From assembly GCA_000934665.2 (NCBI GenBank), contig KZ538050.1:1-64000 (forward strand): a DNA stretch of 64,000 bases. Direction: 5' to 3'. The position numbers were made by a program, and so were the translations under genes. Below are positions 1 through 13,700 of this stretch, piece by piece (position 1 is the first letter of the stretch; each line of letters begins with the position of its first letter). The notes beneath the pieces are model-generated. The model was given only the letters and a program-made list of their open reading frames with translations, ran no database searches and was not told the origin of the DNA. This stretch comes from Catajapyx aquilonaris. Lineage: Eukaryota.

Positions 1-395
1 CACCCCCACCCCAAATTGTCCGTCCGCATGCATATATACACAGCACACTGTTGACAACTCCATTGCATTTATTTGTCACCAGGACCGATTTCACATTTTT
101 GATTGATGTAAGTCGCGCCTGTCCACATGCCAACAGTGCGGACTGGTAAGCTTTGAAAACGTCCGAGTGTCCACACATTAGTTGACAACTCTGTTTGGAA
201 CGGATTATTTGCACATAAAAATGTGTATGATATCAATACTGTGCTGGCCATTTCAAGCGACCCCATTGTGGTCACCATTTTACGATCCCCTTCCATTTCC
301 AAAAAGGAGAACCGGACCCTCACCAAAAAAAGAACCCACAGCACAAATGGCTCCATTGATTTGGTCTCTTCAGTTCCCTGAACTCCAGAGAGTGG

Positions 396-398
<3 letters not shown>

Positions 399-426
<28 letters not shown>
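399..426. repeat. (AG)n microsatellite
   Basis: About 14 AG units, followed by a G-rich tract. Confidence 0.95.
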
Positions 427-429
<3 letters not shown>

Positions 430-943
430 GACGGGGAGGGGGGGGGGGTTACGTACGATTATTTCTGGCCGATTTTAATTGGTTGCTCCACCACCGTGAA
501 AAACGTAGAGGGCAGAGGAGTACCTTGTTAGCCGAGGCTTTGGTGGCTGGGGCCAGCGGGCGTCCAGATGCGTGCCTGGGGCACACTTTTGTTAATCTGA
601 GCATGAAAACCCTTGTAATGAATCAAACGCACGGACTGCATCTCTTGCCACGCTATTGTGTCCAACACACCCTCCATGGAAAAAAAAATCCCCTTCTGTA
701 GATAACACATGCACAAGAGGCGGCGTGCCAATGTGTTTGTGCATTGTCTTCGTGCCTGATCCCTGCCCATGTGTGAACGCACCGCTCCATTGCTCTCTTA
801 CTCTTGCGTGGCCAACCCGGGTCTCTCCCTCGGGCTCGGGTCATAAGGTGCGGTTCACATAAGTGGGTTAGGCTGATGAATAGTCGCCTTTTCAAACGGA
901 CGGCGTTAATTGCATTAAAGTGTGACTAAAAGGAGGTGGGAGG

Positions 944-981
944 ACAAGAGCTTTTCTTTTATACAAGAGCTTTTCTTTTAT
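944..981. repeat. Perfect 19-bp tandem duplication
   Basis: ACAAGAGCTTTTCTTTTAT x2. Confidence 0.9.
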
Positions 982-3900
982 GAAACCAGTTTTTTTTATA
1001 CTGTTGGATAGGGGTCGAGCTTCATTAATTTCTAGCCCGCTTGATCTGTCGGGTATTATTTGGGAGGTCCAGGGGCAGTGGGCAGGGGCAGGGGCAGGGA
1101 TAGGGGGGGTTGGCAGGAAGCTTTTCCCGTCTGTCCTCGCCTGTTCGCCGTCTGCCACTTGCCTGTCCGCTGACATGACAGCAGCCATTAGCCACTGTTA
1201 GACCTGGACAAAATAAACACTGCCTTGCTCAAAATGTAATTAATCATAGGTGTTTCATGAAGGAAATAGGGGGCGCACCGTTGTGAGCTTTCCAGAGGGG
1301 CTGGGGACTAATGCACGGTAATGGGAGGGGGTATCAGTCAACTATCGCACTACCAGTGTAAGAGAAACGCACGCCCTTCATTAGTAGGTCCAGCTTTGGT
1401 TTTATGCGTAGGTCGAGGACACACATTATCAATCACTTCGAGTATTGAAATCTCTTGAACGTACGTCAGAATCATGAAAATGCACGAGGTTGGAGGCGTA
1501 CGAGCGTTTTTTTCCTCATTGGGAAGCCATATGGTACACGCGGGTAAAGTAAACTAATTACAGCCAGTATGGGAGCACTAAATACTGCATAGGAGCACTA
1601 ATACAATGCATGCGGGAGCCGTACAGAATGATAAAAAGGTGTCACCTTGAGAATAGAAGCCGAGGTTTCGGTCACAATCTGAGCCTGAATATACGTGAAC
1701 CAACCTCATTCTGTGGCCACTCTGGCCATACATTGTGAGTGACCACTTAGAGAGATAAAAAGCCTTCGAAAAGACGCGGAGTTGATACTGATGTGTTGCA
1801 TATGATATTGGAATCTTATCATATGAAGTATTGTAGTCTTTTGTGTGTACTTTCTGATGGTAGTCAGTTTTCTGCTAGAGAAATTGCAGTCCTCTTGAGA
1901 AATGTTAGAAAAAATTGATGACGTGATGCATTATGCAGAATTGAAGCCATCGAAATTGATTTCAGCATTGACTGCTTATATTGAAGACATGAAAACTCCC
2001 GAGTCCTAGCGGCCCTAATTTATCGCATGAGGGTTAGCAAACAGGGTTGTACCCTGAGGGTTATTTCAGGTACACCACATGTTATTGCAGTCTGCAGTCC
2101 ACAATACGAAAACACTTTCGCAGTCGATACTTTTACTCCTGTTTTGAAAGTGCCCCTGTTCCTCGTCTCACTTAGCGTCGTGCTGAGTCCCCATGTTTTG
2201 AAATGTCACATTCTGACCTTTAGCAATGAGCTAGTGTTTACGCAGCCTTTCTGTATAACGTGCGTAGCCTTAGCCCCGTTTCAGATTAATTATTCCAAAG
2301 CGTTCATAAATAGCTTTGCGACTGTTTAGGCTCGTGTCATATCAGGCATCCGGTACGTCAACGCAACCTTCTCCCTCTGGCCTTATACATATATTTTTTA
2401 TATGTTTTGACTCTGCAGCGATACTACTCAGTCACGCAGGCAAGCAGGCGGGTTGGTGGGCAGGCAAGCAGTGCTGAGCGGATGTTTATGGCCAGGGTGA
2501 GGTTTGCAACGCAAGTCAAGAACCCCCGGAGTCTTGGATCGATCTCTAGAGATTCCGGCCCTCCTACAAGAAAATGGGTCAGCAGATAGGAGGCCAGAGA
2601 AATTCTGTCATTGCTCTTCCGAGGATTCCTATAGGACTCCCCAAATCGAAGTGAGGAGTTGGGACCATCCAACTCTTTATTCTGCGTCACACTTCCTACT
2701 TTCGCTGATACACAATGCAAGTCAGGAGGAAAAGAAGAAACTGTCACCGCAATTCCAGCCGCGACGGGAATTCCATGATTCACGGCTCTACTTGCGCACC
2801 GGAATTCAACCGACCTTTTTTTAAACCCTGAACAAGCATAGCATGGTTAAAACTGGTTGTACTGTTCCATAAGTGGTGGCTCAGGGGACCTAATATATGG
2901 ACAGGAAAAGTTTGGTAGGGTCTAAATCGCGATTTTGAGGTTAACCCTGTTGTATCGAAGAGCCGTGACACCCACATTCGGTGGTGTGTTAAACTATTCC
3001 AAATGTGGGCTTGCTCCCGTGACCCATGACCGATCCGGGTGACGGCAAACCCAGGTGATGAAAACCAAATGAGAGGCTGAAACCCGTTTGATGTGCAGTT
3101 CCAGACATGTCGCCAAATGACGTTTACCCCTACCCCCTCCCCTTTACGGCCCGGGGAGGGGGTTGTTCCTCTGAGAAGGTCAAGCTGTTTGCCTGGCTAG
3201 CCCCCCCCTATAAATATTCTGGACTGTCCTATAGGTGGTAAAGTACCGGTAGCACGGTATCAACATTCATTAAAGTTAGGTGATCCTCGACGCTCGACAA
3301 CAACAGGAGGTCGCGAAGGAAACCAAGCGTGACTTGCAAGCCGAAGCAGCGATTTAATTGCATGAAAATATTTCATACGCAGTTCCATTTGTTTCGGACC
3401 CGTGATCAAACGACCTACGTCGAGTTGCGTAATGTGAGGACACACGGAGGCTCGGTTTTCCCGCCGCAAATGGCCACTGTTCACGTCAGGTCACCGCGAT
3501 CGCGACAAAATAGCTATATAAAAAAAGCGCGCGCGCAATTACTTGACTGCAGGCCTCGACAGTTCAAACCGACAGGTCCCATAATATAAGCCCGGAGCCG
3601 TCAGAAAAATGTGCGGCATTTCAAAATGTCCTTTGGGGACTCTTTATGGGTTTGGGTTCGTGAGCTGCCTTAGTCAGCAATAGCAGGGGAGCTCCCATTT
3701 TCCACTCTAAGAACGGGGGGAAGTTTTGCTGCGATTATTCGCGTAAAGGAGGCAGGAGAACGTCGCACTTGATTTGTGGTGTTGTAATTTCGTTTTTGGA
3801 AACTTTTTTGCTAGGTTTTTTTGGTGCGATTATTCACCGTTCATCTCCGGCGTGAAGGGATTTTTAGAGACAGAAAAGAGAAGTTTTGGCCGCACATATA

Positions 3901-4342
3901 TTTACACAGGGAGTGGCAGGATGGAGGTAATGAATTACCATCAGCCATTTTAATTACAAAGAAGGCTTGAAAAGTCCGAGTATCATGACTGCTGCAGTCG
4001 ACAGATGAGGATGCTGAAGCTGTAAATGTTACGAGGTTTTCGTTAGGCTAAAATATTAATATTGGAAACTAAATGTGCGTGAATGTGCATGATGTGTAGG
4101 TATATGTACTGTACAGTATAGGCGAGACTAGAAGTAAATAACATTATCCTGTAGTGTTAATTGAATGCACTACATATTTTAACATTTAGCCGGAAGACTA
4201 TTGTAGCAGGTTATGCAAAAATGGTAGGCTCTTGGGCATTTTTGCGAAATTTGTTATAGTGCTTTAATTTCCATGGAAAATTAGAATGTAATATATTGCA
4301 CTTTGCGTTGTTACTGGGGTGTACTGCTTATGCGATATAATA

Positions 4343-4687
4343 ATAATAATAATACCGTAATAATAATAATAAGAATAAGAATAATAATAAGAATAATAAT
4401 AATAATAATATCTTACCCCGTCATCAGCCTTTTTCGGCTCTTTAGGGGGGATTTGTGTTTTGTCTGGAACTCTTGCGTACATGTTTACTTTTTTGCTTTT
4501 TGGAATAGGGTAGGGAAGGAAGGAGGCGGCTGGGGCCTTTTTAATTAGGAAGCAACCCCGGAATTCTCCTGGAGGGACAGTGGGAAACCACAGAAAACCA
4601 CGGTTAGAGTTGCTGGCCCCGGGGCTCGAACCCAGGACCTCCCGATTAGCAGTCGGACCCTATAGCCACTCCACCAAACTGCTTCGG
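4343..4687 (-). mobile_element. tRNA-derived SINE, apparently full length, with (TAT)n tail and 18-bp target-site duplication
   Basis: Minus strand has an A box (TGGTGGAGTGG), an anticodon-like arm tccga-CTGCTAA-tcggg, a T-arm/B box ctggg-TTCGAGC-cccgg, a body GTGGTTTTCTGTGGTTTCCC...CCAGGAGAATTCCGGGG...CCTTCCTTCCC and a TAT-repeat tail at about 4343-4410. The direct repeat TGCTTATGCGATATAATA lies at 4325-4342 and 4688-4705. Confidence 0.9.
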
Positions 4688-7553
4688 TGCTTATGCGATA
4701 TAATACATTGTGTGAGGATTCAATTATTGTGATGACATCACTACTATTTATGAAGATATGTACGAAACTGGCTTCTTCCACCATACATTATTGCCATATA
4801 AAATCGTATGTTGTTCTTTATGTGAGATAATAATTATATTCGACAACAATGAGAACTCGAGCAGCAATGTGAAGGTTGGTAGCAAAAATTCACCTTCATC
4901 TTACTAGAGTTTGGACAGTTGTCCAATAGTATTTTGACAAGTATAGTAAATTATGTAAATGTAATTCTCTCTGGTATGGATCGCTAACTGTGTTTATTAA
5001 GCGCTCATTAAACAGCTCCAATAGATTTACGATGGAAAACAAGAGCAGACCAATTACACCATGGCATCTGGGTCACCGACAACCTTCTACAGACTAATTC
5101 ATGATGACAAAAACAGCAGGGGTTTCACTGGGGAACTGATGTGATGCTTCATGACTCGGTTAGTATCCTGAACTCGAACCGTCAATTATTAAACCTTGTA
5201 GGAGACTACAGTACCGGGTGAAATTAACCAAACTTATTTCTCACCTGCATGTTTCACCTCTTGGCTGTTCCGCCCACAGACGGCAAAAGCGATCGCTATG
5301 ATGAATTAAAGCGTACGTTTTCCAGTTGAATCGAGAAAATCAGCAGTCCATTAGGTGCCTTCAGACCCAGTATTTTACAAGCTCCCCCCCCCCCCCAAGC
5401 TGATCGATAAGCACAGCAGCAACTCATTTCTGTCTCTAATCATCCGAAAGGGATTTGGAGTCGGAGGCAAGATCCGCACATGCCTCTCCAGTGTCCCCCG
5501 TGGTCTTTTCTGGCTCGTTTTCTTCTTGCGGAGAGAGGACGAACCAAGAAAAAGAAGAAAAAAAAACAAGCTGAGAATCGCCTTTCGCCCTGAATCGATA
5601 GGCTCTCGTGCACTTCCCAGAAGCAAAAGAGTGGCTTCAAGCCGAGGGGTAGTCAGGAGGAGCGGTAGAAGACTTTGTGTGTCTGCCAAACAAACAACTC
5701 CGGGGGCCCGAGCAGCGTCATCTGCCCAGGAGTCCGCCGTCCCAATTTAGGGAGCTAGGGATGCTGAAATCGATCATCTTTCCTTCTCTTCTGCAAGGCT
5801 TTGGAACATTACTCGAGTACCAAAACGTATATATGTTCCATTTGAAATATCTATTTAAATTTCGACCTCCTCTAGTAGGTTCTTAGCCATCTACGTAAAA
5901 AAAGGCCTTCCATTTAGTAGGAGCGCCATATCACCCCTTTCACATAGCCGTTAGCTATACCTGCTAATCGCACACAGCAGAGTCGATAACAACCTCCCGT
6001 TACTGGCTAGTGGAGCGAGAAAGAAAAGTGTCGGAGCGTTCAGCCTGCCTGGTCCGCCTCCCGGTGAACAAGAGAGGCACATAGGTTAGCGATAAGTCCA
6101 GGATAAAAGTGTTCTCCAACTTGTTAACATTGCTCCAACTTGGGGAGACCCCGAACCTTGCAAGCCACGACCTGTAAAGCTCCAAGAGCAAAAGCCGCAA
6201 TTTAATTTGCACTGTACTGCATGATTCTAATCTGGGAACGGATTCTGTTCCCCTCACATGTCCTAGTAAAAGTGCTTTTGCTCTGAAAAAAAAAAATGGA
6301 GAGTGGATAGAACCGGGGGATAGATGTCGTCCCATTAGGGGGACGAAAGCGGAGAAGTATAACCAGGCTCCTAATGGGGGCGTTGGGGAGGCGACGCCAT
6401 TAGACCAAGGGCTTTGCTTTGATCCTTGGTGCGGGTCGGGATGCTTTTTGAGAGAGAGGTAGGCGGGGGTGGACAGATCAGACAACTGGATGGCCACGTG
6501 TCGGGCTAATAACAGCACCATTGATGAGGCTGTCGGGTCAGCCGGTTAGAGATGGCCACATAAAAAGAGGGATTTCAGCCCGCCTTGGGACAGGCTTTTT
6601 AATATCTTAGTGGCTGAAAGTGGAGACAAGGAGGGAAAAAAAGCTGTCAAGGAAGCTATTTTTTTTTGGAGACCCCCTTTTCTTCTCCTGTTGACTTTTA
6701 TGTCGCTTGCGCAAGTCAGAGCGAGGCTCCTTGGCTTTCCGTGTTCTGCGTATGGGCATAATCTATCCGAAAGACCTGCTGACATGCTGGGCTTAATTTT
6801 CCAACCTTGTGCAGTCTAATCATCGAAAACCATAACATGGGTTATTAGCTTGTATTAACCTACTTAACTTTATCTAAAATTGATTTTTTTTTTTGGTGGA
6901 GGCCAGACGAGCGAGGGAAGGAGGGCAGTGGACGTGTTTTATGACTTTCAGAACCATTAAGATGAAGGAGGAAATAAGAGCAGCTATTCGAAACAGGAAG
7001 CGTATAAAGGAGGCCTAATCGAATCTGGGAAGGTATGGAGGAGAAAATTATACTTTTTCCGCAAATCTTCCTGCTGGAAAGACTTCGCCTTCTGCCGTGT
7101 AACTCGATTCAGCTCCTCTGCATTTCATTTCATACGCTGCTTCACATGCTCTTCTGTTATTCTAGGCAGCGGATCAGCATTGGATATTTTAAATGAAGTT
7201 TACTCCGCAGCTTCATAACTTAGTCTGGAGCCCTGGGATATGCGTGTGTATGTATGGCCAACTTTAATGTTTTTGAAGAATTTGCATTGTTAATGCGTTA
7301 AATACGTGACCGTTTGCTCCAGACTGTAGTGCTGGACATATAGCAGTTCCTAAATATTTACTTAGTTGCCAGGTAACGCCAGCGCCGCCTATGCCGAAAA
7401 ATAAACATTTAGGCCTAGGGGCTGCTAATATGTACAGCACTGTACTACAAAAAACAACAACTCAGAAGCTCTACCTGCAGCAGAATTTGAGTTAGGGCGA
7501 ATAAAAAACCGTAACAAGAAAAATTTATTGTTGAAAATTGCTGTACGGTCTTA

Positions 7554-7705
7554 AGGTGCGTTTACATGTGAGCGATTTGACGAGCAAAATCTTCGCCGAG
7601 GGTGAGTAACCCAAGTAACCAATATTGTTTGAGGCGAAAATCGATTGTTAATTTCAGCCTCGGCGAAGATTTCGCTCGTCAAATCGCTCACATGTAAACG
7701 TACCT
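7554..7705. mobile_element. MITE, PIF/Harbinger-like (152 bp)
   Basis: About 52-bp terminal inverted repeats AGGTGCGTTTACATGTGAGCGATTTGACGAGC... / ...GCTCGTCAAATCGCTCACATGTAAACGTACCT with 3 mismatches; TTA direct repeats at 7551-7553 and 7706-7708 (a TWA target duplication is characteristic of PIF/Harbinger). Confidence 0.85.
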
Positions 7706-10700
7706 TTACTTAGGGGCTACAGTCCCTAAAATATCGACAGAAGCAGAACTATAGTGTGTATTAATGTAAAATAGAATATCCGAGAACATTGTAAGACACC
7801 TAGAATATAAGACCATAGTTTGAGTGCATTTAGCGGTTTCCAATAGTCCCGTCCTGGAAGTGGAAAGCTGAGCAAGGAGTAGGCAGTAGGTGTAGCCGCA
7901 AAAGTAGTAAGAGCACCTTGCTTTGAGCGAGCATCCAGAAGGTGGTGCAGTGTGCTCTCCCCTGTATCATCCGAAGCTCGCAGGTGGCTAAGACAGGATC
8001 ATTAAGGGACTAAGTAGGGTGGCGAACAAGCTCTTCAGTGGCACACCCGCCGCCTGTCGCGGTTGGAAACCCCCTTTGCCGGCAAAATCAAGCGTCTCTA
8101 CTGCTTTCCTCTGTATTCCGCCTCCGTTTGATGCGGCTTTTCATTCTTGGACCCCCTTCTCTTGTTCGTCTTATTGCACATTGTCCACTCGGGACCGGCC
8201 TGCTGTCTTTGCCACGCATATTCACGTGTTTTCTGGCAGAAGCAGCCAGGCGGTGGTATTTCTTGGACCCCTGGCTTTGCTTGCTAATGTTCCAGTGGCG
8301 TTCATTTCCAAGCCAGGAGAAGGAGTTTCAGGAGACGTGTCGTACGATTCTGGGCTTCCCGCAGAAACGTAGGCCGCATTCCCCGCAAAATTCTGAGCAC
8401 GTAGCTAGTTAATTAATTTTCTAAGCGTTTGTGTCTGAATAACTTTGCCTACATTGAGGAACGCCATACCGCATAGCAAGGATCCAGTGTGTTTATCCCC
8501 ATTTCAGGCTTGGATTCCTGCGCACATTCAGGTGGCTAGACATGTTTTAGTGACATGGTGTACAACTCTTACGCGCCAGTGCGTGGAAGACGAGGCTTCC
8601 GGAACAACTTCAAACGCTGCTGGTATAGCACCGGGGACCAAATATTGTTGGTGCTGCCGAGTACTACTGCAGGATTATTATATTCCTAAGAGCTGGTAAA
8701 TCGGGGTCTCTCGTAGCACTATTTTGTGTGCAGTCTGCGTGTGCGGTTAGGGAAGAGAAAGAACAATGGCAAGCGTACGTGCACGCAGGAAACTTGGGCA
8801 CAAACTTTATCACCGGTATATAACGTGCTGTACGGAAACAATGCTGTGGTTGGCCTTTTGTGAGTTTCCAGGGAGATGATTTCGAGGGTAATAGTGGTAT
8901 ATCCAACTGATGAATGCCTGAAAAATAATGACGATCCGAAGCGTCTAATTGGCATGGGTAGGGTGGGGTAGTGCAGAAGATCATCCCTGGATCAAATGTA
9001 CTGTACAAGTACAGTGCACTTCAAAAGAACCGCAGGTAAATGCAGGTGGTGTGGAAGATAAAAGGTGGATACAAGCGAGGGGGTCACCTGTAATGTAATG
9101 AAACTTTATTGCTCATGAATGGTCCATTTTGCACGGCAACAAGGACGCAAAAAGAACCTTTTTGCACGCGCTCCACACCCTTTGAATACAGGCCTTGCCG
9201 GTACTTGCTCTATAATATGCATGGCTCTTAAACCTATATTTTTATTCTAAAATCTCTGCCTCAGGTCAGGCCCGTGCACTGCGTCACAAGTTAAGTACCA
9301 AAGTTCAGTTAACAGCCATTTCGGCGGGATATAAATTCCTTTGTGGTTGCGGCTCGCAGACACACTGTGCGCAATTCATTGGAGAATTTCACGAATATCT
9401 CTATACCTCTCAGTTTCCATAAAGGAGCAATTCGGTATGATATCATAGCGTCCGCATATGTCTTCCTCTATAACGCCACTTTACAAGAACCTGATTTCAA
9501 AAACCGCTGAATTCCTGCGGAATACTGTACGGTGAAATTGATCTCACTCGACTGAACGCTTATTTACATTTGAAGGTTTAGTTAGGTGTTTAATAAAAAT
9601 GTGCTATTTTAGGATGCTTTAATAGCATACTGTACGTCCTAGGAAAGTTGAAATTGTAAGCTGTATTGATTACTATACAGTTTACTTTTACTCTCATTCT
9701 GAAAACACAGTCAAAGAAAACATTTTGTTGAGAATATGAATTCAGAAGCACCATATAGACTTCACCGCTGACCCTGCAAGCAGGTCATCTAATAGCAGTT
9801 GAGAATTAGTTTTCTTTTAGATGCCTCCTGAAAAGTTTGGGACTTCCCCCCCTTTTCCCATTTTAAGCAATATATTTTTAATACCCATCCGAAGCGGCAC
9901 AAGTGACATCTAATTGCCGCGCTTCCCGTGTAACTAACATTCTTGCGACTCCCTTTGGGCGTGTCAGGCATTCGGCTCCATTGCCAGACTTTATGGAGGG
10001 TCACCAGAACTAAACCTTCCAGTTTACTGTAGTGTAATTAGCTCTTTTATAGAGGTAGGACTAAAGGAAGCAATGGTCACTTTTTCGACTAGTAGTCGCG
10101 GCTTGTTTGATGTAGGGAAGATGCCATGAAGGGAGCTTAGCTGTGAAGGTGCTATAAAAGCCTGGAATTGGCAGATCCCTGATTATGCGTAATGAAGCCC
10201 CCGACTGTTAGAGGGTGCTGATACAATCTATGGTTTTAGAGACAGCGATTGGGACAGCCCTATCGTACTAATCTTCTTCAAGGCTTGGGTGTACAGTACA
10301 CGTTGGGGTTGGCTTTAAAAAAAATTTCATTAGGGAGTGGTTGTGTGGCGCCCCCATCGTCAGCTTCCAGAGGCGTTCGTGCTTGAAGGCTCTTTTTTTT
10401 GGTGGGGGAGACCCGGGACTATCTACAGTAGGTATCAACGTGTGGGACATGCAAAATGCCCCCCCAGGAAAGGGACAAATGAATAGCTGGTTCGGAATGG
10501 GTGATATTGGGAAAAATGGGCTAAGCGCGCATTTAAGGACAAAAATTGTTCAGTGTGGCGCGGATTCACCGGGAATGATGGAGCTGGCCTGACCAGCATG
10601 CAATTTTTTTTGCAGATGACGAACAAGAGAGGGAAATTTTTTATTTTATCGCATGATGGTCAGTCGTTGTCAGATCCCAATGCTGGATTTTTTAATGAAC

Positions 10701-13700
10701 TCGTGTTCCTGTCCCAGCAAGATTTTTCTCCCAACTTTTTTTTATGTTTATAAATTATCTGCTTGGCTGGATGGCCTATTTGGATGGTAACAAAGCGGTT
10801 TTCATATTGCCGCCTGCCAACATTGAATTTTACACAGTTCGGTCAACATATACGCGCAATTGTTTTTTTTTGTGTGTGTGAAAATTTCCATTTTATAAAT
10901 TGCATTGTTGTGAAGAAAAATAATGCTGTTGTAGGGTAATTAACTCAAGTAAAGCAACAAACTAATGTAACATTAGTGATGTATTGATCTCATTTATTTA
11001 CACAGCTTGCAGTACGGTACTATTGATGTTTAATGACAGTATTATCAAAATTCCATACCTTATTACTCTTTTCCCCCAAACTGCGCGTGAAAGTGAGCTT
11101 GAAACAGAGCATTAATTTTAGCATTGCATTTCGAGAGGGTGACTCATAGGTCCTGATTCCACTTGAACAGATTCCCTGCATAGAACGAGCGTATAGCAAC
11201 TAATTCTGTCATTGCACTCCAAAAAGATCAAAGGGAAATTGTTGTGGTCATGACTGTAATGATAGTGATCGACTAGAGACCATTTCCACGATCCTCGTGA
11301 TGGCTCGATTCGAACCCATTTTGGGATAAAACTGCAAGGTTGAGGGTGGCACAGCCCAATTCGAACACATTCCACTTACGAGTGATCCCCCCCCCCTTTT
11401 TTTTTTTGCATATATCAAAAAATGAGGTCAATGTTTTTTCCCCATAGTTGCCCGGGGCCAAGATAAATATTTTTGACATATAGATATTATGGCTGAATCG
11501 TCAATATGGCATCCCTGCCTAGAGAGACACGACTCTTGCCATTTTTGGTCCATTTGGCCAATGCGGTGGATAGACTGGGTGCTCTCCCAAAAAGGTCCGC
11601 GACCACTACTTGGGCGATGGTATTTTGAAAAGGGTTGAATCCCCCTTTCAAATGCAAGCTTGTGCTGGCTGTAATGAAATGGCGTCCCCGCGTTACAAGT
11701 AGAGTGCAGTAAGCTTTGAGGGAGAGAAATTTGGCAGTTTCCGCTCGCGGTGATCTTCGGGAAGGCCTCCCGGAAAAGAAGTCGTCATGGAGGAACTGTT
11801 GCGGAATGAATACATACACAAGCAAAACCCCGGGGAAGCTAAATATTTACGTTAAGCCAGGAATTCCCTTAAAATGGAAAGAGCTGGCCTTTTGTGTCCT
11901 TTCGGCAGTTTGGGTAACTTATTCAGCGGGCTTAAATAAACAAAACTGTGGTCTTTAGTAGTTCGCCAGAGAGTTTCCCTGTCTCTTCTGGAGGCAGAAG
12001 CAATAACTAGAGTCCGGTTGTGCAAAAGAAATCCGGGGTTGGCAGCCGTAGTGAGGTCTAAATCACGGGGAGGGGTGCAAAGAGTCGCATGAATAACGGA
12101 AAAGTTCTAAAATGGCTAATTCTGCTGGTTTCTGCGTGGGCTGGAGGGAAAGGAGCGGTTGTGGTTGGCACAGCAACGTGAAATATTTTGGAAGTGCAGT
12201 TGCTAGGACGCCATCCTTGCAGGCTGGTCCGGAAAATCCGCAGAGGAGCGCATCGTTTGGCAAATGCCATGAAGCGCAGTGGTCGCCGAAGGGGGTTTTC
12301 GTGTTGAGGTGGAGCTTCACAAATCATACAAAATGCGCTTAGAAAATTACTAGCTTAAGTGAAGATATTCCAGATTTTAGAATTTATTATATTACCGGTA
12401 TATAATCTGTGGAATTGTAGTGTGATCCTCCTTTTTTTAAATTATTTTATTCTTCCTCCACCTCCGCCTCTTCTGCTCCAACGGAGTCCAAAGTGGAGCA
12501 TCGATTAGTTGGTGGCAGTGGCGGATAGTCGCTTCTCTCACACGAGTTGGAGCTCGCAGCTCTGTATTTTCTCTGGCCGTGAATCAGTGAAGTAGCTGTG
12601 TGGCCGTAGATGAGAACCTCCCTTGGGCTCCTCTTTTGGATAGATGGCACGGCCAGTGCAGCCATACTCTGCGCCATCTGTTAGAGCCCCAAAGAAAGTC
12701 AGTGAGCAAGCAACTATTAATTTGTTTAAAAAAATAATTCTAGCGATAACATTCTGCCATGTGCAGTTTAGCAGTAAAGTGTCATCTCTATATGCCCGCC
12801 CGTTCCAATATAGCCAACCGTCACCGCATTTATCTGCCCCCAGAGTCAGCCCTTCCCCCTATTTGCCTCTCTCTCCCCCCGGCTGAACCCCGCGGCACCT
12901 AGTGAAACATGACCTATCTTAATTACTTCATTGGAACGATGTAAAAACATGACACACGCCGGTTTTCAATATCATAGCCGGTATTATGAAGCACTCGAGG
13001 CCCGTCCCTCCGACACGAGCTTCGGTTTGTTGGATTGAATTTGAACAGACGGGCCCCCAGTTTGAGCAGCGCCCAACCAACAAATTGTTGCATTGAAAAG
13101 AGTCAGTAGCCGTGTGCATGTGAAATGGTCCTGCTACCCATGAGAACACTATTTCAACAAACTAGACCGGACCCCTCCCAAATAATATATGATGGATACA
13201 GTTGTTTTTTTTTCTCCGAGTCCCCTGCTGTTTGTGTACCGTATCGGGGGTGACAAGCGTGCCTCGTCCCGGGTAAAGTTGGACCAGCTCTCGCTTGGTG
13301 GTGTGTATTGTACGGAAGGGGGGCTCCCAGGGCCGGAAAGATAGACCGGAAGCGTCCGAGCTGTAAATTTGTCAAAGGGCTTATAAATGGGGGCTGTGGA
13401 AAATCCGGCGGCGCCCGCGACGCAATCTTTCTCCAGCGACGAGCCGGCATTTGTTATGTTCTTTGTCACGCAGCGAGTTTGCTTTTCATCCGCTCCGCCA
13501 TGTTGGCCCACATCTATGATTAGTAAGGGTGGACATGAGTGATATCGGTGTGAGATAAGGGAGGTTGACTTCCTACTTTTCCATCTCCCAAAAGTGCTGT
13601 ATATGACTAAGGTCGCTCGCGGGGAAAAAAATTTCTGCTGGATAGAACCCCCTGCTCTTGAGAGTTTCCGAAACGCTGGTTTGTTCCCCTACCATGTCGC

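Noticed and set aside
4600..4687. tRNA-Ser(GCT) gene on the minus strand
   Set aside because: No proper acceptor stem or long variable arm; it is followed by a SINE body, tail and TSD, so it is a SINE head
8131..8412. Plus-strand candidate first exon (MRLFILGPPSLVRLIAH...) for the IgSF gene
   Set aside because: No clean hydrophobic signal core and only a weak phase-1 donor far downstream
8900..8940. Possible minimal hammerhead ribozyme core (CTGATGA...GAAA)
   Set aside because: Stems I and III cannot be formed convincingly; other CTGANGA sites checked also lack the fold
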